This document shows positions 1-5,945 of a DNA stretch of 31,797 nucleotides, in pieces. How positions within the stretch are numbered: position 1 is the stretch's first letter; every line of letters starts with the position of its first letter. The DNA comes from a virus: positions 1 through 31,797 of IMG/VR virus record IMGVR_UViG_3300045988_073059. One strand, 5' to 3'. The position numbers and the translations under genes are program-made. Below the pieces are notes generated by a model. The model did no database searches. It worked only from the letters and a program-made list of their open reading frames with translations, and was not told where the DNA came from.

Positions 1-52
1 GGAGTTCCAGTTGCCGGAGTTACAGTTGCCGGAGTTCCAGTTGCCGGAGTTA
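1..52. repeat. Terminal direct repeat, identical to 31746..31797. It is built from alternating 15-nt units GGAGTTCCAGTTGCC / GGAGTTACAGTTGCC.
   Basis: Read directly. The first 52 nt, ggagttccagttgccggagttacagttgccggagttccagttgccggagtta, equal the last 52 nt of the window. Confidence 0.95.
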
Positions 53-306
53 CAGAGACTGCTTATTTCATCGGCAGTTAATTCACGCAGAATTTTAAGT
101 TTGCGACCGACGCTCTTATTTCCTTGCGTCTGTACTGCGCCAGTGACGCTAACTTCACAGATACAGCAAGGCTTACTGTAATAATCGTAAACGTCAACGC
201 ACTTCTTGCAGAAATGGTAGCCATTCTCGCATATCTTGATTTCGCCCTCGACTGTGTAGGTCTTTCCAACCTCATAAACGGTATCGTCGCCGTGTAGTGT
301 CGTCAT
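1..306 (-). CDS. N-terminal part (102 codons) of a Cys-rich protein with NSGxx pentapeptide-like repeats. The ORF runs off the window start and continues at 31745..31407.
   Basis: ATG at 306..304 is followed by 102 sense codons with no stop down to nt 1. Translation: MTTLHGDDTVYEVGKTYTVEGEIKICENGYHFCKKCVDVYDYYSKPCCICEVSVTGAVQTQGNKSVGRKLKILRELTADEISSLCNSGNWNSGNCNSGNWNS. It is absent from the ORF track because it has no in-window stop. The frame matches the open frame at the other window end. Confidence 0.75.
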   Translation of the reverse strand, partial: MTTLHGDDTVYEVGKTYTVEGEIKICENGYHFCKKCVDVYDYYSKPCCICEVSVTGAVQTQGNKSVGRKLKILRELTADEISSLCNSGNWNSGNCNSGNWNS

Positions 307-322
307 ATTCGGCAGAAATGCT

Positions 323-847
323 TTATAGCCTTTCATTGTTACCATCTCCAAGAAGTCCGTAGATACGCTGTGGCAGCTGACCTTGGTAAGCGTCTGCTAC
401 CTTGTCAGCGTCAACTCGAAGCGTGGTACCAAGCCAGGACTCAGCAACTTCACGCTTAACCATCTCGCAACCACCGGGCAGCTCACCGTCTTGCGTTGCA
501 CACTCCAGTACTTTGTCTGGGTAGAGGGTGATAAGGCGTGTAAGTGTGTCAATACCAGAATCGCTCGTCATGATCCAGTCAACGAACTCAGCAACACTTT
601 TCACTTGTGGTACAACCTCAACCTTTGGCTTTGAGAGTCGAGCGGACACCGTGCCAACTTTCTTGCCGTTCACTTTAAGGTCAAGCTTGGAAACTCCCAT
701 TTGCACGTAGAGGTTCTTGAGCTCGTCATCAAGCTGTGTACGCAGGTTGTCTGTTGCATGTGCGTCAAGGTGCTCCTTGACCTTCTTCTGGAGTGCCGTC
801 AAGAATGCAACTCTCTCAACTAACAACTCACGTTCTTCTTTGTTCAT
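323..847 (-). CDS. Hypothetical early protein with a coiled-coil N-terminus (only tentatively Sipho_Gp157-like)
   Basis: Track ORF is 323..898. I moved the start to ATG 847 (MNKEERELL...), which follows an AAGAAAGGA RBS. No diagnostic motif was recognised. Confidence 0.6.
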   Translation of the reverse strand: MNKEERELLVERVAFLTALQKKVKEHLDAHATDNLRTQLDDELKNLYVQMGVSKLDLKVNGKKVGTVSARLSKPKVEVVPQVKSVAEFVDWIMTSDSGIDTLTRLITLYPDKVLECATQDGELPGGCEMVKREVAESWLGTTLRVDADKVADAYQGQLPQRIYGLLGDGNNERL

Positions 848-860
848 ATCAAATCCTTTC

Positions 861-1205
861 TTAGCTGACTGAATCAGCAAGCCATCTATCCATCTCATCG
901 CAGGTAATCATGTAGCCCCGCTCTTGTCCAGCTGGCTTGATAAACTTGAGTGCTCCTGCCTTATGCTCTGCTCTGAGCATTGAGCCTGGAATACCAGAGT
1001 ATTTAGAGGTTTGAGCAATCGTGTAAGCAAGCTGTGGTGGAAGTCCCGCAAGCACTGCTGCGTTGAGTGAGCGAGAGCCGTTCACGGTTCCCGTCTTCTC
1101 TGCAAGCTCTCTTTGCGCTTCAGCAGAAGCAATCATGAACTTCTCAAAGAGCTTTGCGAGCACGCTCACGTCTGCGGTAATTTCTTTCTGCTTCGTTGAT
1201 GTCAT
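861..1205 (-). CDS. DNA-binding protein with an excisionase/MerR-like HTH; candidate Xis or early regulator
   Basis: ATG 1205 has a GGAGGTG RBS 5 nt upstream; the track start at 1208 is TTG. The segment YTIAQTSKYSGIPGSMLRAEHKAGALKFIKPAG..YMITCDEMDRWL resembles excisionase-family HTH domains. Confidence 0.6.
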   Translation of the reverse strand: MTSTKQKEITADVSVLAKLFEKFMIASAEAQRELAEKTGTVNGSRSLNAAVLAGLPPQLAYTIAQTSKYSGIPGSMLRAEHKAGALKFIKPAGQERGYMITCDEMDRWLADSVS

Positions 1206-1371
1206 CAATCCACCTCCAAACAGGAATAGTGATTGCTATATAGGGGAGAAGTCCAACAATGCCACAGACTGAAAACGTGGCATAAATAAGAGCAAATAAG
1301 ATGCCTGTCATAACTGAGCAAACATAAGCTCCAACGGCAATCTTCTTGATTTGAAGCGGTATACTCTTCAT
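1144..1371 (-). CDS. Small membrane protein (two hydrophobic helices, basic C-terminal tail)
   Basis: ATG 1371 has a GGAGGTG RBS upstream. The sequence contains IAVGAYVCSVMTGILFALIYATF and VCGIVGLLPYIAITIPVW, followed by NYRRRERARKAL. Its 3' end overlaps the next gene by 62 nt in another frame. Confidence 0.55.
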   Translation of the reverse strand: MKSIPLQIKKIAVGAYVCSVMTGILFALIYATFSVCGIVGLLPYIAITIPVWRWIDDINEAERNYRRRERARKAL

Positions 1372-1395
1372 ATGTTCACCTCCGCGGAGAACAGA

Positions 1396-1433
1396 GCCCT
1401 TACGCTATGCGACAGCGTGAGGGCAAACTTTTT
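1396..1433 (+). terminator. Strong stem-loop followed by a T-run on the plus strand, inside the 303-bp untranslated spacer
   Basis: GCCCTTACGCT (1396..1406) pairs with AGCGTGAGGGC (1414..1424) across a 7-nt loop. There is one U-G pair on the plus transcript, which becomes a C-A mismatch on the minus transcript. AAACTTTTTA follows. No plus-strand gene lies upstream, so the role is unclear. Confidence 0.35.
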
Positions 1434-1674
1434 AGATTGGGTTTGCATAGCAACAAAGCGTCTATGCCCGCTCTTCACGCTTAGCGTGGCGGACTGTAAG
1501 GTCCTACATGGTTATCACTACGACCATGCAACGTTATCTGGATACCATTAGCCATTCACTTTATTGCGACAGGTACTCACCAACTCAAGAAGCTGAGCAA
1601 GTGTTGTTGCTTTCCCTGTAACGATTTACGTCTATACGGTTTGCAAGGTACATAAAAAGAAGGATGGAAAATAC

Positions 1675-1896
1675 CTATTTAACGTTAGTTAAACTAGCAT
1701 TTCGACCGAAAAAAATACTCTCGTAACTACGGCTTAAAACAGCGCAGATACGTCTAGCTTGCAAAACGGTTGCAATGGCTGGATTTTCTTCAATTTTCTT
1801 GTATGTTTGACGAGAAATACCCAGTTCATCAGCCATTTCCTGCATAGTAATACCAGCAGCTTTGCGGGCTTCAAAAAGTGATTCATTTCGTCTCAT
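1675..1896 (-). CDS. Cro-like XRE-family HTH regulator
   Basis: Track ORF is 1675..1968. I moved the start to ATG 1896, which follows GGAGAGGAGG. The HTH is GITMQEMADELGISRQTYKKIEENP. It is divergent from the CI-like gene. Confidence 0.8.
   Translation of the reverse strand: MRRNESLFEARKAAGITMQEMADELGISRQTYKKIEENPAIATVLQARRICAVLSRSYESIFFGRNASLTNVK
1682..1700. promoter_or_regulatory. Second operator-like site, ACGTTAG-TTAAA-CTAGCAT
   Basis: It has the same 7-5-7 architecture as the 1940..1958 operator and matches it at 15 of 19 positions. It lies at the 3' end of the cro-like gene. Confidence 0.45.
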
Positions 1897-1939
1897 GCTT
1901 AACACCTCCTCTCCAAGGCGTTTAATTTGGTTGTTTAGT

Positions 1940-1958
1940 ATGCTAGATAAACTAGCAT
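1940..1958. promoter_or_regulatory. Operator: perfect inverted repeat ATGCTAG-ATAAA-CTAGCAT
   Basis: Read directly. It covers the -10 and spacer of the cro-side promoter and abuts the -35 of the repressor-side promoter. Confidence 0.7.
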
Positions 1959-1968
1959 TGTATGTCAA
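1940..1968 (-). promoter_or_regulatory. Early (cro-side) promoter: TTGACA, 17-nt spacer, TAGCAT
   Basis: On the minus strand the -35 TTGACA is plus 1963..1968. A 17-nt spacer separates it from the -10 TAGCAT at plus 1940..1945. Confidence 0.6.
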
Positions 1969-1986
1969 GAGATTTTAACGTAAAAT
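1958..1986 (+). promoter_or_regulatory. Repressor-side promoter: TTGTAT, 17-nt spacer, TAAAAT
   Basis: The -35 is at 1958..1963 and the -10 at 1981..1986. The -35 boxes of the two divergent promoters overlap at nt 1963. TTAACGT occurs at 1679..1685, 1975..1981 and 1998..2004. Confidence 0.5.
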
Positions 1987-2018
1987 GTAAAAAATAATTA
2001 ACGTCAGGAGGAAACCTC

Positions 2019-2675
2019 ATGGCTATCAGGGAAAACATTATTAAGCTTCGCGAGATGAACCAGATTACCCAGGAGCAACTGGCTGAGATTGCGGGTGTCT
2101 CAAGAGGTGCTGTCTCTCAGTGGGAGGGTGGATTCTCTGAGCCACGTATGGGTGCAATCCAACGCATGGCTGACTACTTCAATATCTCCAAGAGCAACAT
2201 TATTGAAGACGGCGGAATGAACGCTTGCTACCGCTCAAGTATTCCAGGAGTCATGAAGGTAAGAGGATACGAGGAGACATACATTCCTCTTTTGTCCTTT
2301 GGCAAGGTCCATGCTGGTTCTTTGACTGATGAAGAAGCAGCTGAGAAGACAATCAATATCCCCTCTAATGTAGCCAACAATCATCCCAATGCCTTTGCTC
2401 TCGAGGTTGAGGGGAGCTGCATGAACCACGTTATCCCTGAGGGTGCTCACATCTTAGTAGACCCGGATGTGTATCCCTCTAATGGATCTATTGTCGTTGC
2501 TGAGACTGAAGACTACCAAGCAATCATGAGACGTTGGTACAAAGGTAGCAAGAGTCTTATGCTCGTGGCTGACAGTTATGAGGAGTTCGAGGACATCATC
2601 TTTACTGACGACGAGCATCCAATCAAGGTTGTTGGTGTTGTTATTTGGTATCAAGCAGCAGAAGAAATGGGATAG
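2019..2675 (+). CDS. CI/LexA-like repressor: XRE HTH plus S24 autopeptidase domain
   Basis: The RBS is CAGGAGG. The HTH is ITQEQLAEIAGVSRGAVSQWEGG. A candidate Ala-Gly cleavage site sits in VHAGS. The S24 motifs are GSCMNHVIPEG (Ser nucleophile) and RRWYKG (Lys). Confidence 0.9.
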   Translation: MAIRENIIKLREMNQITQEQLAEIAGVSRGAVSQWEGGFSEPRMGAIQRMADYFNISKSNIIEDGGMNACYRSSIPGVMKVRGYEETYIPLLSFGKVHAGSLTDEEAAEKTINIPSNVANNHPNAFALEVEGSCMNHVIPEGAHILVDPDVYPSNGSIVVAETEDYQAIMRRWYKGSKSLMLVADSYEEFEDIIFTDDEHPIKVVGVVIWYQAAEEMG

Positions 2676-2684
2676 GAGACTACA

Positions 2685-3299
2685 ATGAAACTGTTTGATT
2701 TCCTACATAACAGAAGAGACAAAAAAGATACTCTATACAGTAAGAAGGATAATCCTTTGCAATCTCAAGCCGAAACAAACGAAATAATGGATGAGATTAG
2801 AAACGAGTATTTTCCGAGATTTGATGAACCTCTTACTAATTACGTAATAGATCCTAGACTTCTTCCTGTTTACGAATTAGTCCAAGAAGCTTTTGAAATT
2901 GATCCTGCTATTCCTATGCCAAATGCAGCTCTTCTTGAAGCTACGAGATGTCCAGAAATTCCAAATGTTATTAAGACGTTTGTTTGTGAACCAACTAAAA
3001 GCGGGAAAGAGCCAAAATATGTAACGAAGCTTGTTTTCGGGCTCTACGGGACGATGAGAAAGAATCAACTTGGTACGTGGTATGGAGGTGAAAATGGGTC
3101 TCACGGAGAAATTTGGTATTTGAAAAATCTTGTTCCAGGAAAAGTAAGAGTTGATATATGGGAAGATAAAACCCACTGGTCAATTCGTGGAAAAATAATA
3201 GACGGGTCTTTGCATCTTGCGTATGTAGAAAGATGCTATCCAAACGAGCTTTCAAAAAGAATTTACGACTACAAAAAATCTATCTTTCCTAAAGCTTAG
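2685..3299 (+). CDS. Hypothetical 204-aa soluble protein; AT-rich cargo gene behind the repressor
   Basis: An AGGAG RBS follows 9 nt after the CI stop. There is no TM segment and no motif I recognise. A hand-counted 60-nt line (2701..2760) is 33% G+C, against 57% for line 2101..2160 in the CI gene. Confidence 0.7.
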   Translation: MKLFDFLHNRRDKKDTLYSKKDNPLQSQAETNEIMDEIRNEYFPRFDEPLTNYVIDPRLLPVYELVQEAFEIDPAIPMPNAALLEATRCPEIPNVIKTFVCEPTKSGKEPKYVTKLVFGLYGTMRKNQLGTWYGGENGSHGEIWYLKNLVPGKVRVDIWEDKTHWSIRGKIIDGSLHLAYVERCYPNELSKRIYDYKKSIFPKA

Positions 3300-3490
3300 T
3301 AAGCAACAAGAAAAAGATTGCTGACAGCTCAACGATGATGACAGATAGATGAATCTCGTATTTATCCATAGCAGATCTCCTCTCTTATTCGATGAGAGCA
3401 TAAGAGGGAAGTAACGGAATAAAAAGCTCCCTCACATCCGCCAAGACGCTAAGGGAGCAACTTCCATCTCGTTAGGAAGGTATATACATT

Positions 3491-4597
3491 ATGCCACGTA
3501 AACGTTCTTCATGGGGTTCAAACCAGCCAATGGGTCCTGGGAAACGCAGAATCCGCTATATGGCAGACACAGGAGACGGTAGAGGGTTCACAAGACACTC
3601 TGAGACCGTCTATGGCACACGCAAACAAGCTGATGAAGTATTAGCGCAAAGACGCATAGAACACAGCCAAGACAAGCCTGTGCCAACGCTTAGGCAAGCT
3701 TATGAGACGTGGCTTATCCCAGAATTTGAGGACAAGCTTAAACATGATGAATTAAGAGCAAACTCATACAATCTATATAAAAGGATGTGGGACTGCCATG
3801 TAAAACCTACATTTGGAAGCTTGCCAATTACCGCAATTAAGCCTCTTGGTATCCAGAAGTGGCTGCTTACGATGACTCAAGAGGTTGCAAAGGTGTCACT
3901 TATGGTACTTCGTAGAGTACTCGATAAGTGCGTCATGCTTGAATTGCTACCAGCAAACCCTGCAAGCGTTACGTACAGAATGCCAAAGCAGTCAAACAAG
4001 CTTGATACGACTGTTTACTCGCTTAGTGAACTTTGCGAGGTTCTAGAAGCTCTGCGTGGCTCTGTCGCATATATCCCAGCTATTCTCTGTGGTATTGGTT
4101 CATGCCGTGTTGGTGAGTCGCTGGGTGTAAGAACAGAGAACATTATGTCTTATGAATACGCAGGCATGATTCTTGCCATCATTGACATTGATGTACAAGT
4201 AAACAATAACGGGGAAGTGTTAGATAAGTTAAAAACAGCACAAAGCAAAAGACCTATAGTTATTCCAGAGCCATGGTCAAAAGATATTCTCTCTATCAAT
4301 ACAAGTTGGCTCACCGATACAGGCTATGGGAAGCCAGTAAGCCAGTATGTAGTACGCCGTGCATGGGGTAAGCTCATTAAAGATAAGAATCTCAAATACA
4401 TCCCATTTAGGAATCTGCGTAACTCTTGGCGAACTATTATGCGTTGGGAATTAGGTATAGATTCTGACTATGTAGAGAAGATGATGGGGCATGCTGGAAA
4501 GAACGTTGGAGAGATCTATTACGACCGACCGCAATGGCAACAGTTTGCTGATGTTGTAGGGGAAGCGTGGACTCGATACCGCGCAAAGAGTAATTAA
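3491..4597 (+). CDS. int: Tyrosine recombinase / phage integrase
   Basis: It has an Arg-rich N-terminal arm-binding-type region and a SAM-like core. The C-terminal catalytic signature is RNLRNSWRT...MMGHAGKNVGEIYY (R..H..Y). Confidence 0.9.
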   Translation: MPRKRSSWGSNQPMGPGKRRIRYMADTGDGRGFTRHSETVYGTRKQADEVLAQRRIEHSQDKPVPTLRQAYETWLIPEFEDKLKHDELRANSYNLYKRMWDCHVKPTFGSLPITAIKPLGIQKWLLTMTQEVAKVSLMVLRRVLDKCVMLELLPANPASVTYRMPKQSNKLDTTVYSLSELCEVLEALRGSVAYIPAILCGIGSCRVGESLGVRTENIMSYEYAGMILAIIDIDVQVNNNGEVLDKLKTAQSKRPIVIPEPWSKDILSINTSWLTDTGYGKPVSQYVVRRAWGKLIKDKNLKYIPFRNLRNSWRTIMRWELGIDSDYVEKMMGHAGKNVGEIYYDRPQWQQFADVVGEAWTRYRAKSN

Positions 4598-4600
4598 CGG

Positions 4601-4619
4601 TTAGGACATTTTAGGACAT
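4601..4619 (+). repeat. Tandem TTAGGACAT x2 at 10-bp phasing; candidate integrase arm-type sites
   Basis: The sequence is ttaggacatt ttaggacata, starting 4 nt after the int stop. Confidence 0.5.
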
Positions 4620-4767
4620 AAACAGGTATTACATAGCATTTTAACTGGTCTTTTGTTCTATCTCAAATACGGAGCAGATATTATCCAGTTGTATTTGTAT
4701 ATTTCATACTATAGTTTACCTGCGGTTATATAAAATTGTGGTCTTCTAAATTAGCGTATTTTTATAG

Positions 4768-4790
4768 TTTAGGACACGCTAAGGACATAA
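4768..4790 (+). repeat. Second pair of AGGACA sites (TTTAGGACAC GCT AAGGACATAA), same orientation
   Basis: AGGACA occurs at 4771..4776 and 4782..4787. A variant, TTAAGACAT, is at 4871..4879. Together with 4601..4619 these bracket an AT-rich stretch of about 150 bp, which is the likely attP core. Confidence 0.45.
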
Positions 4791-4909
4791 ATTCTTATGT
4801 CTGTTCTACGCTTTATATTATCTAGTTTGTGGCTATGTTTCCCCAGTTAAACGGCTTGTTGTAAGCCGTTTTAAGACATGCAAAAATCAAGCTGGAGTAT
4901 TTACCCATG

Positions 4910-4941
4910 AAAAAAGCCCTCATCTAATTGAAGATGAGGGC
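4910..4941 (-). terminator. Rho-independent terminator of the 4954..5745 operon
   Basis: The stem is GCCCTCATCT / AGATGAGGGC (4916..4925 and 4932..4941) with a 6-nt loop. On the minus strand TTTTTT follows it. Confidence 0.8.
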
Positions 4942-4953
4942 AAATTGTTGCGC

Positions 4954-5382
4954 TTATTGCTTCGGAACTAAGTTCTCCGCTCCGCTGATCCAATCAGTCT
5001 CAATTCCTCGCTCATGGAGCGCATACGAGACAATTCGAGCGGTTGCATTAGCCTGTCTCCAATCTCCTCCATCGTCTATGCAATGGTGCTCATCGTATTC
5101 CGCTTGTGTGGACCAGTAGACCAGCTTCACGCTTGCTGGGTAGCTTCCAACCTCTTGTGCAGCTTCTTCAACCTGTCCCAGGGCAGCGGATACCACTTGA
5201 CGCTGTAACTTCAACGCATCGTCCAGGATGTCCCACGCGTCCTGTGGTGCGTTGTACTCTTTGTACTTGACGCTTTCCCACCGCTTCACGGAACGCTCTG
5301 AGACCTCAAGCGCGAGTGCCATGTCTGCCTGGCTCATTCCAACCTGCTCACGTAGAGCCTTGAACTCTTGTTTATTTCTCAT
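4954..5382 (-). CDS. XRE-family HTH protein with an uncharacterised C-terminal domain of about 80 aa
   Basis: The RBS is AGAGGGGA. The HTH is MSQADMALALEVSERSVKRWES. I did not recognise the C-terminal part (..VKLVYWSTQAEYDEHHCIDDGGDWRQANATARIV..). Confidence 0.8.
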   Translation of the reverse strand: MRNKQEFKALREQVGMSQADMALALEVSERSVKRWESVKYKEYNAPQDAWDILDDALKLQRQVVSAALGQVEEAAQEVGSYPASVKLVYWSTQAEYDEHHCIDDGGDWRQANATARIVSYALHERGIETDWISGAENLVPKQ

Positions 5383-5402
5383 GTGTATCCCCTCTAAGAG
5401 TA

Positions 5403-5422
5403 AGCCCCTCTTGCGAGGGGCT
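5403..5422 (-). promoter_or_regulatory. Intercistronic GC-rich hairpin (8-bp stem, GCAA tetraloop on the mRNA strand) without a U-tract
   Basis: AGCCCCTC-ttgc-GAGGGGCT lies between the stop of 5434..5745 and the RBS of 4954..5382. Confidence 0.5.
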
Positions 5423-5433
5423 GTCTTGCTTTC

Positions 5434-5745
5434 TTAGAACTCCTTGCCCTTTGCTGCTTCAAAAAAGAAGTTCATTGCTGCTTCTTTGTCGAGTACAAGA
5501 ACCACACGACGGCGAGTGTTCTTCTGGAAGTACCAGTAAGCTGTACGCTCTGGTGTGTCGTGCTTTGGAAGGTTGGTCTTGCTGTACTCTTTGCGCTCAA
5601 ATCTTGTAACGAACGGTGGAAGTGCCTTTGTGTGCTTGGTTGAGTAGCGACCGCTGACCCACTCACTGGATGGAACACACCCGTCCCTGTCCATGATTGC
5701 CATGAACTCGGTGAGCTGCTTTGCGGAAGTCTTGGTGAATTTCAT
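5434..5745 (-). CDS. Hypothetical 103-aa protein, first gene of the post-lysin cargo operon
   Basis: The RBS AAGGGGA precedes ATG 5745. The protein is basic and soluble, with no motif I recognise. Confidence 0.7.
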   Translation of the reverse strand: MKFTKTSAKQLTEFMAIMDRDGCVPSSEWVSGRYSTKHTKALPPFVTRFERKEYSKTNLPKHDTPERTAYWYFQKNTRRRVVLVLDKEAAMNFFFEAAKGKEF

Positions 5746-5801
5746 TTTGTTCCCCTTCTCTGGGCTGAGGTATGACCTTTTGTCTCCCTCTTGTTATTTA
5801 T

Positions 5802-5830
5802 AATATAGTCCCGTTTGGGGACTAAGTCAA
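5802..5830 (-). promoter_or_regulatory. Near-consensus sigma-70-type promoter (TTGACT, 17-nt spacer, TATATT) with an inverted repeat filling the spacer
   Basis: The minus strand reads TTGACT TAGTCCCCAAACGGGAC TATATT. The inverted repeat is TAGTCCC-N5-GGGACTA (5806..5824). An A/T-rich tract with repeated TAGAA(A)TTTT lies upstream. Confidence 0.7.
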
Positions 5831-5864
5831 GCAGAATTTTAGAATTTTTTTAGAAATTTTTGGC

Positions 5865-5899
5865 ATAAAAAATACCCCTCCCGCCGAAGCGAGAGGGGT
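5865..5899 (-). terminator. Rho-independent terminator ending the late/lysis operon
   Basis: The stem is ACCCCTC / GAGGGGT (5874..5880 and 5893..5899) with inner CGC/GCG pairs. On the minus strand TATTTTTTAT follows it. Confidence 0.75.
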
Positions 5900-5945
5900 T
5901 ACAAGTCTAGTCTTGCACTCTTTCGAGCAGCTCTAGACGTATTAC

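Noticed and set aside
1-57. Regularly spaced 15-nt repeats at both window ends as a possible CRISPR array or satellite
   Set aside because: The units are contiguous with no spacers, lie in frame inside a coding sequence, and translate to a pentapeptide ladder. No cas genes are present.
78-275. Track ORF (65 aa, minus strand) at the window start
   Set aside because: It is in a different frame from the uninterrupted ATG-306 ORF that joins cleanly to the window end. Its Arg/Ser/Ala-rich composition and lack of an RBS suggest an overlapping shadow frame.
1351-1551. 66-aa plus-strand track ORF in the spacer
   Set aside because: It has no RBS, starts inside the antisense of the membrane-protein gene, and its composition is not protein-like. 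The region is better explained as structured non-coding DNA.
1440-1560. tRNA-like or tmRNA-like look of the stems in the cro-downstream spacer
   Set aside because: I could not fold a cloverleaf. There is no 7-bp acceptor stem, no T-loop GTTCRANNC motif, and the would-be anticodon loop has 6 nt.
3426-3458. Hairpin GCTCCCT/AGGGAGC with TTTTT on the minus strand, upstream of int, as a terminator
   Set aside because: It has only a 7-bp stem with a 19-nt loop, and no minus-strand gene ends there. At most it is a barrier to antisense readthrough, which is too weak to list as a feature.
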